A DNA stretch of 64,000 nucleotides, from IMG/VR virus record IMGVR_UViG_3300020576_004226, positions 21,322 through 85,321 of that record. The stretch is one strand, 5' to 3'. Under the pieces are notes generated by a model. The model did not search any database. It had not been told where the DNA came from and saw only the letters and a list, made by a program, of their open reading frames with translations. Shown piece after piece: positions 17,982-28,106 of this stretch. A program made the position numbers and the translations under genes. Source of the stretch: a virus (Duplodnaviria; Caudoviricetes). Every line of letters starts with the position of its first letter. Within the stretch, counting starts at the first letter, position 1.

Positions 17982-19955
17982 ATGTCGGATTTGCAACAAG
18001 ATTACACGGCGGCAGGATTTGCTGCGCCTTCGGACACACGGCTTCCTGAATCACTATTGAGAACAGCGCACAGCCAAAAACAAACAGTAAACCCAAACAA
18101 AGTATTGAGCGAATTGACCGTATGGATGAAATACGCTCGCTACATCCGGGACAAACAACGGCGTGAAACATGGACAGAGATTTGCGACCGTAATCGGGAA
18201 ATGCACCTGGAAAAATACCCTTGCCTTGCCGAGACAATCAACCGTATTTATGACGAGTTGGTAATTCCCAAGAAGATTCTCCCCTCAATGCGTTCCATGC
18301 AGTTTGCCGGCAGAGCAATTAAGCAACAAAACAGCCGAATGTTCAACTGCGCCTACGCTCCGATTGATTCCATTGACTCATTTGGCGAAATTATGTTCCT
18401 GTTACTCGGTGGTACAGGCATGGGCTATTCAGTTCAACAACGCCACATTCAACAACTACCTTCTATCACCCGTCCAATGACTGGTTCGGTTGAGGAGTTT
18501 GTCGTTGATGATTCGATTGAAGGCTGGGGTGACGCTGTCAAACAACTCATGGAATGCTACACCGAGTCAGGCCATGGATACCCTAAGTTTGATTTGAGTC
18601 ATATTCGCCCAAGAGGAGCTGAATTGGTAACGTCAGGCGGCAAAGCACCTGGACCAGAACCGCTTCGCCTTTGCTTGACTCGAGTTGAGGAGATTCTGCA
18701 GCGTCATCAGACCGGAGAGCGGCTTACCGACGTGGAAGTACATGACATCATTTGTCACATTGCGGATGCGGTTTACGCAGGTGGTATTCGCCGAGCGGCT
18801 TTGATTTGTTTATTCGACCGCTCTTCCATTGATATGCTCAACTGTAAAAGCGGAGCATGGTGGGAAAACAACCCGCAAAGAGGCCGCGCAAACAATTCTG
18901 CCGTACTTCCAAGAGGCGAAGTAAGCGAAGCCGAGTTCAAACAAATTTGGGCTGCCGTGGAGGCTTCTGGTTCCGGTGAACCTGGCGTGTATTGGACAAA
19001 TGACGAGGACTGGGGAACCAACCCTTGCGTTGAGACAGCCTTGCGTCCATACCAGTTCTGCAACCTCGTTGAAATCAATGCTTCTGACATCACTTCAGAA
19101 AAGGATTTGTACGCTCGGGTTTGGGGAGCAACCGTCCTTGGAACGCTTCAAGCAGGTTACACTGATTTCAACTACCTGCGCAGTTGTTGGAAGGAGAACA
19201 CTGAGAAGGACGCATTGCTGGGCGTTTCCATGACAGGTCTCGCTTCGCGTCGTCTCGAGCAATTAGGGACAAATCTCGCGCAACTCGCTCAGTTCGCTAA
19301 GGAGGTGAACGTATCATTTGCCGAAAAGATTGACATAAACCCTTCCGCACGTATCACTTGTATCAAGCCTGCAGGCACAACCTCACTCACGCTTGGCACC
19401 TCGTCAGGCGTACACGCTTGGCACGATGAATACTACATTCGCCGGGTGCGCGTTGGGAAGCAAGAAGCCATATACAATTTCCTGGCTACCAACAACCCTG
19501 AATTGGTTGAAGATTGCAAGTTCAACCCGACTGCTACTGCGGTTGTTTCTATGCCGCAGCGTGCTCCGGTCGGCTCTTTGATTCGCACAGGTGAGACGGC
19601 TCTGGAAATGCTCGAAAGGGTAAAACATATTTACATGAATTGGGTGTTGGGAGGACATGCGGACGGCATCAACACCCATAATATCAGCGCCACAATTTCG
19701 TTGCTTCCCGAGGAGTGGGAAAAGGTTGGTAATTGGATGTGGCACAACCGTGATTGCTACAACGGCATTAGCGTCCTTCCGTTTGACGGAGGCACTTACG
19801 TACAGGCGCCATTTGAGACAATCACCGAGGAACAATACCACTCAATGCTTCCGCTCGTTGGTGATATTGATTTGAGTCAAGTTTTGGAAGCGCAAGACGG
19901 GACAGACCTCGTACACGAATTGGCTTGCGCTGGAGGAGTTTGCGAGATCAATTGA
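17982..19955 (+). CDS. nrdJ: Class II (adenosylcobalamin-dependent) ribonucleotide reductase
   Basis: LPSMRSMQFAG, FNCAY, TNPCVETAL...CNL, TCIKPAGTTSL and C-terminal CAGGVCEIN; no beta-subunit gene adjacent. Confidence 0.92.
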   Translation: MSDLQQDYTAAGFAAPSDTRLPESLLRTAHSQKQTVNPNKVLSELTVWMKYARYIRDKQRRETWTEICDRNREMHLEKYPCLAETINRIYDELVIPKKILPSMRSMQFAGRAIKQQNSRMFNCAYAPIDSIDSFGEIMFLLLGGTGMGYSVQQRHIQQLPSITRPMTGSVEEFVVDDSIEGWGDAVKQLMECYTESGHGYPKFDLSHIRPRGAELVTSGGKAPGPEPLRLCLTRVEEILQRHQTGERLTDVEVHDIICHIADAVYAGGIRRAALICLFDRSSIDMLNCKSGAWWENNPQRGRANNSAVLPRGEVSEAEFKQIWAAVEASGSGEPGVYWTNDEDWGTNPCVETALRPYQFCNLVEINASDITSEKDLYARVWGATVLGTLQAGYTDFNYLRSCWKENTEKDALLGVSMTGLASRRLEQLGTNLAQLAQFAKEVNVSFAEKIDINPSARITCIKPAGTTSLTLGTSSGVHAWHDEYYIRRVRVGKQEAIYNFLATNNPELVEDCKFNPTATAVVSMPQRAPVGSLIRTGETALEMLERVKHIYMNWVLGGHADGINTHNISATISLLPEEWEKVGNWMWHNRDCYNGISVLPFDGGTYVQAPFETITEEQYHSMLPLVGDIDLSQVLEAQDGTDLVHELACAGGVCEIN

Positions 19956-19983
19956 TTGACAAAAATTCATGGGATTATACAAG

Positions 19984-20026
19984 CAAGAAGGTAGCGTTGA
20001 AAAGCAGCGTTACCTTTCTTGTTTTT
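19984..20026 (+). terminator. Intrinsic terminator after nrdJ
   Basis: CAAGAAGGTAGCG...CGTTACCTTTCTTG followed by TTTTT. Confidence 0.7.
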
Positions 20027-20046
20027 AAACAACTTAACAACGTTTT

Positions 20047-20538
20047 ATGCAAAAGAAAGTTTCAATCAAATTATTGCGCGACCTGGCTGTAATGCCTTCC
20101 TACGCTACTGAAGGCTCGGCTGGGCTTGACGTTTGCGCTTGCTTTACTTCAGCTGCTGACTTGAAGAGCCCAGAAGGTGTTGTTTCCATGATCGGAGACA
20201 CGCTTTTTATCTCACCCGGCCAACGTGTTCTCATTCCAACGGGACTCGCATTGTCAATGCCAGAAAACACCGAGGCGCAAGTGCGTCCACGCTCCGGTCT
20301 CGCTCTGAAGCAGGGCTTGACGGTTCTCAACGCACCGGGAACAATTGACAGCGACTACCGTGGAGAAGTAGGCATCATCCTCATCAATCTTTCTCAGACT
20401 GTTCAGCAAGTCAAAAGCGGCGACCGCATTGCCCAGTTGGTATTTGCAGAGGTTTGGAAGCCTACCGAATTGGAGGAGGTTGTTGACTTGGACGCAACTC
20501 AAAGAGGCGCAGGTGGATTCGGTTCTACTGGGAAGTAA
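20047..20538 (+). CDS. dut: Trimeric dUTPase
   Basis: GSAGLD, RPRSGLALK, GTIDSDYRGEVGIIL, GDRIAQLV and RGAGGFGSTG (motifs I-V). Confidence 0.97.
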   Translation: MQKKVSIKLLRDLAVMPSYATEGSAGLDVCACFTSAADLKSPEGVVSMIGDTLFISPGQRVLIPTGLALSMPENTEAQVRPRSGLALKQGLTVLNAPGTIDSDYRGEVGIILINLSQTVQQVKSGDRIAQLVFAEVWKPTELEEVVDLDATQRGAGGFGSTGK

Positions 20539-20565
20539 TTGCTAAAGGTCAGGTAACAATCATTT

Positions 20566-20604
20566 GAGCCTGGAGTTGTCATTTCGGCACGCTCCAGGCT
20601 TTCT
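20566..20604 (+). terminator. Intrinsic terminator after dut
   Basis: GAGCCTGGAG...CTCCAGGCTT followed by a T-rich tail. Confidence 0.65.
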
Positions 20605-20638
20605 TGTATCAAATATAGTCTTTACAAATAATTGAATC

Positions 20639-21124
20639 ATGGCAGATCAAAAGATATCCGAATTGACCTCCACCGGGACGCTCCAAGCAACCGATGAGCG
20701 GCCAATTGCGAGGAGCGGACAGAATTACAAAATAACAGCTGCGAACGAGGCTAAATTCTTTGGCATCAAGATACAACTCTCGAGTGTAGGGTACATCCCA
20801 GGGGCAACAGGCAACCCGGATAGCAATAAGGTTGCACCCGGCTCGGATGGATTCTACTATTTGTTCGACGCCAACGGAGACGCCATAAAGATTCTTGATT
20901 TGTTGGCTGGGCAGGTCATTGTGCAAGATAAGTTTTACGAGCACACACAGGGTGTTTCTTCCGCAACTTGGACTGTAAACCATAATCTAAACAAATACCC
21001 GGCTGTTCAGGCTTATGACTCCGGAGGTACGCAGGTTGCAATATTAGAGGTGAACCACACAAATGTAAACACATGTGTAGTCACTCTTGCTTTCAGCACG
21101 TCAGGTAAGGTATACTGCAATTGA
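20639..21124 (+). CDS. Virion/fibre-associated protein
   Basis: ADQKISEL N-terminus and C-terminal HTQ...ATWTVNHNLNKYP domain commonly found in phage fibre modules. Confidence 0.55.
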   Translation: MADQKISELTSTGTLQATDERPIARSGQNYKITAANEAKFFGIKIQLSSVGYIPGATGNPDSNKVAPGSDGFYYLFDANGDAIKILDLLAGQVIVQDKFYEHTQGVSSATWTVNHNLNKYPAVQAYDSGGTQVAILEVNHTNVNTCVVTLAFSTSGKVYCN

Positions 21125-21165
21125 ACTTGATAAATTTCATCAGTCATAACAAATAATTTCCGAAC

Positions 21166-22590
21166 ATGGCAGCTCCTGCTTTATCACAATTAAACATGAA
21201 CGGGCTTGAGATTCTCAATGCTCGGTTCCAAAATTTGGCGGCCAACCCTGGAACACCCGGTGTAGGCCAATACTACTACAATACGAGCACGCTCAAATTG
21301 AGAATCTACAACGGTTCTACTTGGGATGAACTTGGCACTGGTAGTGGTACGGTAACTTCCGTTGCTCAAACCGTTCCAACAGGTTTTGCCATCGCTGGTT
21401 CGCCAATTACTGGCTCTGGCACTTTGGCAATCACGGCTTCCGGTACAAGCGGTGGTATCCTATATTACGCTTCCACAACAACATTCGGCGTTTCCGCTCT
21501 TTTGACGGCCAACGGTGTTATGATTGGTGGTGGCGCAGGAGCTGCTCCTTCAACAATCGCCGTGGGTACGAACAACCAAGTGCTGAGAGGCAACACTGGC
21601 GCTGCTCCAACATTCGGCTCTCTGGTTCAAGCGGACTTACCGTCCTCTGTTCCAGTTTCCTACTGGGCTGCAGCAACAGCCAACGTCGCAATGGGAACGT
21701 TCAAAATCACTGGCCTCGGCGACCCAACCAACCCACAAGACGCTGCCACAAAAGCATACGTTGACCAAGTGGCGCAAGGGCTTGATGTAAAAGGTTCTGT
21801 GCGTGTAGCGACAACGGCGAACGGCACTCTTGCTACAGCCTTTGCGAACGCTCAAACGGTTGACGGTGTTACACTCGCAACCAACGACCGCATCCTCATC
21901 AAAAACCAATCCGCTCCAGCAGAGAACGGAGTTTACGTTGTTCAGGCTTCTGGCGCTCCGGTTCGTGCAACAGACTTTGACGCTTGGACTGATGTTCCTG
22001 GCGCCTTCTTCTTTGTAGAGGTTGGGACGACCAATGCCGATACAGGTTGGGTTTGTACTTCTGACCAAGGCGGCACGCTCAACACAACTGCAATCAACTT
22101 CGCACAATTCTCTGGCGCAGGTTCCATCACAGCTGGCGCTGGTATGACCAAGACTGGTAACACGCTTGATGTTGTTGCCTTTGACTCCTCCATCACCGTA
22201 AACGCCGACAGCATCCAGGTCGCAGTGGACAACTCAACCATTGAGGTTTCTACAGGTTTGCGCGTGAAAGACAGTGGTATCACTTTCGCAAAAATCGCCT
22301 CGGGTGTTTGGGGTACTTCGCTTGATACTACAGGCTCGGTTGTCAATGTAAAGGGATACACTTTCGTGACCAACTTTACAGTCGCCCGGATTCGCGTTAT
22401 CAGCCAATCCATTGTGAACGGCTCAAACACCATCACTCACTCCCTGGGAACGGCTGATGTAGCGGTACACGTTCTTGACGCTTCAAACCGCCATGTTGAC
22501 ATTATTGATGTTGTGAATACGAATACCACGACGGTGACAATTCAGAACGATAGCACAACCTTCTCCGGAAAGGTTATTGTCATCGGCTAA
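21166..22590 (+). CDS. Phage fibre protein
   Basis: G/T/A-rich; DPTNPQDAATKAYVD and VRVATT...QTVDGV...DRILIKNQ...ENGVYVV domain. Confidence 0.7.
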   Translation: MAAPALSQLNMNGLEILNARFQNLAANPGTPGVGQYYYNTSTLKLRIYNGSTWDELGTGSGTVTSVAQTVPTGFAIAGSPITGSGTLAITASGTSGGILYYASTTTFGVSALLTANGVMIGGGAGAAPSTIAVGTNNQVLRGNTGAAPTFGSLVQADLPSSVPVSYWAAATANVAMGTFKITGLGDPTNPQDAATKAYVDQVAQGLDVKGSVRVATTANGTLATAFANAQTVDGVTLATNDRILIKNQSAPAENGVYVVQASGAPVRATDFDAWTDVPGAFFFVEVGTTNADTGWVCTSDQGGTLNTTAINFAQFSGAGSITAGAGMTKTGNTLDVVAFDSSITVNADSIQVAVDNSTIEVSTGLRVKDSGITFAKIASGVWGTSLDTTGSVVNVKGYTFVTNFTVARIRVISQSIVNGSNTITHSLGTADVAVHVLDASNRHVDIIDVVNTNTTTVTIQNDSTTFSGKVIVIG

Positions 22591-22618
22591 TCAAGCCTTT
22601 CTTTTCAAAGTTTGCAAG

Positions 22619-22658
22619 GACAGGAGTCTCAGGGTACAACTTCTGGACTCCTGTCTTA
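22619..22658 (+). terminator. Hairpin/terminator between fibre genes
   Basis: GACAGGAGTC...GACTCCTGTC 10-bp stem followed by TTAAT. Confidence 0.55.
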
Positions 22659-22679
22659 ATTTAAAACACAACACGAATA

Positions 22680-25600
22680 ATGGCGGCACCAGCTAAGTCA
22701 ATACTTGATATGGGGAGCAATAAGATAATTGCTCTCCTGGATGGCACGGCCAACACCGATGCCATTAATCTTGGGCAATTGAATAGCAGCCAAGACGCCC
22801 AACCATTCAAAAAGAAAGTAAGGGCTGCTACAACCGCAAACATAACATTAAGTGGAACGCAAACGGTTGACGGAGTTGGTCTTCTGGCCAACGAGCGTTG
22901 CCTTGTCAAAGATCAATCAACAGCGTCTCAAAATGGCATATACGTGGTTTCAGCTGGAGCGTGGAGCCGGGCAACGGACGCTGATGTAACAGCTGACTTT
23001 GCTGATGGGCAGACCGTGCAAGTCGCCGAGGGTACTCTTCATGCCGATTCTTTGTGGGTGTTGACAACAGATTCGGCAATCACCGTAGGAACAACGAGTT
23101 TGGCGTATAAGCGACTAAGCAGGGCTAACCAGGCTACCGCTGGTACGTATGGCTCGGCATCGCAGGTGCCAGTAGCAGTGCTCAACGACGATGGAACGGT
23201 CTCGAGTTTTACTAACACTGCCATTTCTATAGGCGCATCTGGAGTTACCGGATTGACTGCTGGGCAAGTATTGTATGGAGGCTCTGGAGGAGCAATAGCC
23301 CAAGACGCCAATATATTTTGGGACAGCTCATTGTTGAATTTCAAAATAGGGCAGCCTGCATCCGGAACAGCTCGTATTATAGCAAAGGGAAGCACAACGA
23401 ATGATACAGGCTACATTTTACAAGGCTTCAATTCTACTCCAACTGAGACCATACGTGTAAGTAACGACGGGTATTATCAAGGAAACGGTCTTGGGAAAAT
23501 CGGTAAGGTAACTACATCTGACTTCGCCATTGTCGCAACTTTAGATCAATCAATTACCCTATCAGATACTTCAGGAAGCCGAGACTTCTATGGGATAAAA
23601 TCAGGAGTAGCCCCTACTTCTGGCACGGCGACCTTCAATTTCATAAATTTAGGTGGTAGCATAAACCAGACCGGAGGTGCCAATGGCATCACGTCTGGTG
23701 TGAAGGTAGGAACGACTTTGACAGCAGCAGCTGATTATAGAGCTGTTTGGATTGCCACTACTTCTCAAAAAGGACTTTGGCAGGATAGCGCGACACCAAC
23801 CAACTTGTTGGCTGGCAAGACTGGATTGGGAACACAAACAAGTCCTTCTTACATACTTGATATAGGCGATACAGGAGGTATACGCATTCCAGTGGGAACA
23901 ACTGCTCAACGTCCCACAACCAATACAGGTGTAATTCGCTATAATACAGATTTGACGCAATATGAGGGCTGGAATGGTTCTGCTTGGTCTGCGCTCGGGG
24001 CTGGTTCTGTATCTATTTCGGCATTAGTTGCAGCTACAGGCAACAATACCATAGACAATACCAACTTTGCGCAGACTTGGAACTGGTCAACTTTGACTAC
24101 TGGAACCGCTTTGACGATGACATCAAGCGGCATGACAACGGGAAGCCTCGTTTCTTTGAGTGCGTCGAATGCTTCGCTAAACTCATCAAATGGAGTTTTG
24201 TATGTCGGTAATGGAAGTAGCTCAACAAGCGGCACTGTTTTCAAAGTACAGTCTAACAACAACGTAGCTGGGGCTGGCTTGATTGTTAGAGCGAATGCTT
24301 ACGTTGGCATAGGCACGACATCTCCGGTTGCTCCGCTTTCAGTAGCTGGTATTCCATTTGTTTCCAATATAGGTGTTTCTGGTATGCTTGTTTCCTTAGA
24401 TGGAAGTCTTGGAATAACAGACAATGTGACAGCTGTAAGCGGCACGGTTGCTAATACCGCAGTCGTAGGAGTTCCAATCACCACAATATACGCAGCCAAT
24501 ACGTCGGTCACTTACACAAATGCAAGTAGTGTTTACATAGCAGGTGCACCCGCAGCTGGAACAAACCTGACTATAACAAATCCGTATTCTTTGTATGTAA
24601 ACGCAGGGAATGCTTATTTTGGAGGCAGTATTGGAGTCGGTATCAAGCCTGTTTATCCGATTGACGTTAACAGTACAGGAGCGATTCGCATTCCAGTGGG
24701 GACAGCGGCACAACAACCAACAGCAGCTGCAGGTTTGATCAGGCTTAATTCAACCAATCCATCGTTTGATTACCACGATGGCACGGCGTGGAGAACGGTC
24801 ATAACAACTGCGGTTGCTGCAGTTGGGCAAGGCTCTGGAAACAATCAGTTGACTTATTTCTCAACTGTCGGCAATATAACGTCGAATGCAAATGGGTCGT
24901 TCAATGGGACATACATGGGACTCGGGGTTACGTTTACCACAGGCCAAAGATTGACAATCGTAGGTTCTGGCGCAACTTCCGCTACATATGCATTGAGAGT
25001 GCATAACAGTGGAGGAACAAACAACCAATTGGTTGTTAGAAATGATGGAAGAGTTGGTATTTTAGTTGATCCACTTTATACATTTCACGTCAACGGAGTT
25101 GCTTCTATAGGCGATTCTGTTACTGCTTCAAACTCAACGAGGGCTTTAAACTTAGCATCAACTACAGCGGTTATGCGTATATTGCGTATTTCTGCCGATT
25201 CCATCACCGCTGCTCCTGCCTTTGAGTTGATGCACAGAACAACCAGCGATGGTTCTAACGACGTTTATTATGATGTATTTGCAGACACAACTGGTTTATC
25301 GTTTCGAGATAGATTCAATCTTGCTGACATAAAAGTTCTGCAAATAGGCGTAAACGGAAAAGCAACGAACAGGTGTGTTGACGCAGCAACAGCAGCACTC
25401 GTTACGACCCAGACATACAGCCTAAACTCATCCGGAACAGCAGCGGCAAACTTCGGTGCGAGAACATTATGGCAATTGGAAAGTAGCACAACAAATGACC
25501 AAGACGCTGCGAGTATTGATACTTATTGGACTGTGGCAACTCACGGCACAAGAACTGCTGGAATGTCCTTTAAAATTGTTACGAGCGCAGCGGCATTGGC

Positions 25601-25973
25601 AGAAATATTTCTTCTGAATAATGGTTTAGCAAAAACGACAGGGAATAGTCAAGCAACTGGTCAGTCTTGGGCAGGTCAGTTCGCTTTGACCGATGGGGCG
25701 ACTATTAACACCAACTGGAATAATGGTAATACCCAGACCGTTACACTTGCTGGCAACCGCACAATGGCTACTCCAACAAATCCTCAAACCGGAGCGACGT
25801 ACACGTACATAATCAAGCAAGACGCGACTGGTGGTCGAACGCTTACTTGGTACACAATACGTTGGGCGGGTGGTGTTGCTCCGACTTTGACAGCCACTGC
25901 GAATAAGTGGGACATTATCACTTTGAAGTATGATGGAACAAACTATTTTGGAACGGCTTCGCTAAATTTCTAA
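22680..25973 (+). CDS. Long fibre protein (1097 aa)
   Basis: Same N-terminal VRAATT/QTVDGV domain as the upstream gene; two IRIPVGTxAQ repeats; C-terminal TLAGNRT...IKQDATGGRTLTW...DIITLKYDG adaptor-type domain. Confidence 0.75.
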   Translation: MAAPAKSILDMGSNKIIALLDGTANTDAINLGQLNSSQDAQPFKKKVRAATTANITLSGTQTVDGVGLLANERCLVKDQSTASQNGIYVVSAGAWSRATDADVTADFADGQTVQVAEGTLHADSLWVLTTDSAITVGTTSLAYKRLSRANQATAGTYGSASQVPVAVLNDDGTVSSFTNTAISIGASGVTGLTAGQVLYGGSGGAIAQDANIFWDSSLLNFKIGQPASGTARIIAKGSTTNDTGYILQGFNSTPTETIRVSNDGYYQGNGLGKIGKVTTSDFAIVATLDQSITLSDTSGSRDFYGIKSGVAPTSGTATFNFINLGGSINQTGGANGITSGVKVGTTLTAAADYRAVWIATTSQKGLWQDSATPTNLLAGKTGLGTQTSPSYILDIGDTGGIRIPVGTTAQRPTTNTGVIRYNTDLTQYEGWNGSAWSALGAGSVSISALVAATGNNTIDNTNFAQTWNWSTLTTGTALTMTSSGMTTGSLVSLSASNASLNSSNGVLYVGNGSSSTSGTVFKVQSNNNVAGAGLIVRANAYVGIGTTSPVAPLSVAGIPFVSNIGVSGMLVSLDGSLGITDNVTAVSGTVANTAVVGVPITTIYAANTSVTYTNASSVYIAGAPAAGTNLTITNPYSLYVNAGNAYFGGSIGVGIKPVYPIDVNSTGAIRIPVGTAAQQPTAAAGLIRLNSTNPSFDYHDGTAWRTVITTAVAAVGQGSGNNQLTYFSTVGNITSNANGSFNGTYMGLGVTFTTGQRLTIVGSGATSATYALRVHNSGGTNNQLVVRNDGRVGILVDPLYTFHVNGVASIGDSVTASNSTRALNLASTTAVMRILRISADSITAAPAFELMHRTTSDGSNDVYYDVFADTTGLSFRDRFNLADIKVLQIGVNGKATNRCVDAATAALVTTQTYSLNSSGTAAANFGARTLWQLESSTTNDQDAASIDTYWTVATHGTRTAGMSFKIVTSAAALAEIFLLNNGLAKTTGNSQATGQSWAGQFALTDGATINTNWNNGNTQTVTLAGNRTMATPTNPQTGATYTYIIKQDATGGRTLTWYTIRWAGGVAPTLTATANKWDIITLKYDGTNYFGTASLNF

Positions 25974-25976
25974 TCA

Positions 25977-26499
25977 ATGTCTCAAATCACTTCTTACTAC
26001 CCAACAGCCTCGGCAGGAGCGGCTTCGGTAACTCTTGGTGCTGGCACCGATATAGTAACAGCCGTACAAACAAATGGATACAGATACTGGCTACATCTAT
26101 GCTGCGTCAAGAGGAGGTGTGAAAGCAGCCAATTATACGGTTGATGCTAATGCTATACAGTTTGATGCTGCCATAGCAAGCGTCACCATATATGCTTGGT
26201 GCGCAGCGGGTACAGGCACAACTACAGGTCTTGCAGCAGATTGCGGAGTAAGAATAGGCACAACAGTTTACCTTTCTGGTTCTCCTGTTTCAGTTACCTC
26301 GCAAACTTACGGGCTTGTCTCAAAGACGTTTGCGTTGAACCCGGCGACATCTTCTGCTTGGACTAAATATGATATTGACGCACTTCAAATAGTCATATCA
26401 TTGAATGGAGGTTCTGGCACAGCGTTATTGAAATGTAGTCAAGTTTATGCTGATGTACAATACGAGCCGACTACTGACGCTATTATGTTCGGCTCTTAA
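25977..26499 (+). pseudogene. Fibre-tip/adhesin-like gene split by a 1-nt frameshift
   Basis: MSQITSYYPTASAG...TAVQTN (frame from 25977) continues as DTDTGYIYAASRGG... in the +1 frame (ORF 26074-26499); junction at about 26071-26076. Confidence 0.55.
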
Positions 26500-26515
26500 A
26501 ATCACAATATCAAAA

Positions 26516-26896
26516 ATGGCAAATCTGAATTACACTCTCGCAAAAGATTTGGTTGTCTCTTCTCGTGGAGACTTGCAAATGGCTTATTTCTTGTTCAAAG
26601 CAGCTGAACACGGACTCACTTACAACGTCATAACAGATGCTCGTAATTCGATCATCTATATGACGCTCCAAGTATATCATGAAGAAACAGGAGTTTTGTT
26701 GTACGATCTTGAGCGTTGGACTGTCACTAAAGAAGGCTTTCCTGTTACCGACGAAAAGGGAGAAATAATCAATTATGTAAACCGATATGATGATGTCATC
26801 AACTACCTGAATAGTGAGGGATGTTTGACGAAAGACGGATTGGAATGGGCAAAGAGCACGCCTTTCAACGGAGGTGTTGTAGGAGATTGGATTTGA
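26516..26896 (+). CDS. Hypothetical protein
   Basis: ATG at 26516 after an A-rich leader. Confidence 0.55.
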   Translation: MANLNYTLAKDLVVSSRGDLQMAYFLFKAAEHGLTYNVITDARNSIIYMTLQVYHEETGVLLYDLERWTVTKEGFPVTDEKGEIINYVNRYDDVINYLNSEGCLTKDGLEWAKSTPFNGGVVGDWI

Positions 26897-26931
26897 TAAA
26901 TCAAAGTTTTTTATTCAAAATTCAACAAACA

Positions 26932-27270
26932 ATGGCAAAAGCAAAACAAAGTATCGCCCCATCTAAAAATAAAGATGAAGTTTTCATCCTTCCTGGATAT
27001 TTGTTCGAAGATGTTCAAAAACTCGAGAACGCCAAGAGAGAGCTTCAAGTCAAACTCAAACTTGTAGAGTCTGAATACAACAAAACGGCTGCAGAAGTAC
27101 AAGGCATTGAGGGAGCAATTTACGCCTATTTCAGAACTAATGCATTGGCAAATGGGCAGATGAAAGAAGGACATGTCATTGAGTACCAAGGCGACTTCAA
27201 GTATAAGGTAAAAGAAGCCAATACCACTGATGCCGTTTCTGACGGAGCGGCTGAAGAAGGAAAGGTATAG
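26932..27270 (+). CDS. Hypothetical coiled-coil protein
   Basis: ATG at 26932; central heptad-like helix. Confidence 0.55.
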   Translation: MAKAKQSIAPSKNKDEVFILPGYLFEDVQKLENAKRELQVKLKLVESEYNKTAAEVQGIEGAIYAYFRTNALANGQMKEGHVIEYQGDFKYKVKEANTTDAVSDGAAEEGKV

Positions 27271-27305
27271 GCAAAATAATTTTACCAATTAAAATTATCA
27301 ATCAC

Positions 27306-27677
27306 ATGTTCAAGAAATTGCTTCCATTTCTGAAGGGTTTGCTCCGGCACAGTATTTCCATTGCCAGCGGGGTGTTGGTCATGTCTGGCATTCTCAGCGA
27401 GACCCAATCAATCGAAATCATTGGCTATGTTACAGCTTTGATCGCCACGATTCAGTCTGTTTCGTCCAGCACAAAAGAGACTTTCGTCCAGCAATTCCAA
27501 GGTGCCATTCGTCACATTTTGACGTTCCTTGGAGGTGTAGGATTCCTGAAAGGGTGGTTTAGTTCGGAGCTGTTTATGGAAGTCGCTGCTTCTGTTTCGA
27601 CCATAATCGGGCTTGTTTGGAGTTACATGGCTAAGAAAGACCTGCCGCCAATTACACCGAACACTCCGGAGTCGTAA
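27306..27677 (+). CDS. Putative holin with internal tandem duplication
   Basis: Two repeats GLLRHSISIASGVL...IQSV and GAIRHILTFLGGVG...VWSY, resembling small 2-TM phage holins. Confidence 0.55.
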   Translation: MFKKLLPFLKGLLRHSISIASGVLVMSGILSETQSIEIIGYVTALIATIQSVSSSTKETFVQQFQGAIRHILTFLGGVGFLKGWFSSELFMEVAASVSTIIGLVWSYMAKKDLPPITPNTPES

Positions 27678-27710
27678 GCCGGGAATACCAAGGTTTTCAT
27701 TTCAGGACAC

Positions 27711-27752
27711 AAGTGCCTCTTGTTTGGGTCTCCCATCTGAGAGGCACTTTTC
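27711..27752 (+). terminator. Intrinsic terminator closing the fibre module
   Basis: AAGTGCCTCT...AGAGGCACTT stem followed by TT. Confidence 0.65.
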
Positions 27753-27764
27753 AATTATCACAAC

Positions 27765-28106
27765 ATGGCAAAGAAAAACTGGAAAAGCGATGATGATTTT
27801 GGCAACGACAGTGCTTCCTATGACGACATAAAAGGAGCAGCCCGAAAGCCTCGTCATATCAAATACTTCATAACATTTGAAGGTAAAATGATACAACCTG
27901 GCAATATCGAACGTGTTGACCAGAATGAGACAGCTAATGAAGAAAGCCTCGGTGGTGAGGATGATTGTTTGATATTCAATTTGATATTACACATGAAAGA
28001 CTATCCTTTCGTGCTCACATTTCCATTTTACACGGAGGAGAGTCGGGCAGATGCGCTCGTTTTGCTCCAGGCTCAAATGGTTGATAACCGTATTTCTGTA
28101 CAATGA
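27765..28106 (+). CDS. Hypothetical protein
   Basis: 113-aa ORF, ATGA-coupled to the next gene. Confidence 0.55.
   Translation: MAKKNWKSDDDFGNDSASYDDIKGAARKPRHIKYFITFEGKMIQPGNIERVDQNETANEESLGGEDDCLIFNLILHMKDYPFVLTFPFYTEESRADALVLLQAQMVDNRISVQ

Noticed and set aside
17982-19955. Intron or intein in nrdJ (and terL), which are common insertion targets
   Set aside because: Both ORFs are continuous and of ordinary length with no splicing motifs.
20639-26499. Diversity-generating retroelement targeting the fibre tip
   Set aside because: No reverse transcriptase in the window and no near-identical TR/VR repeat pair seen.
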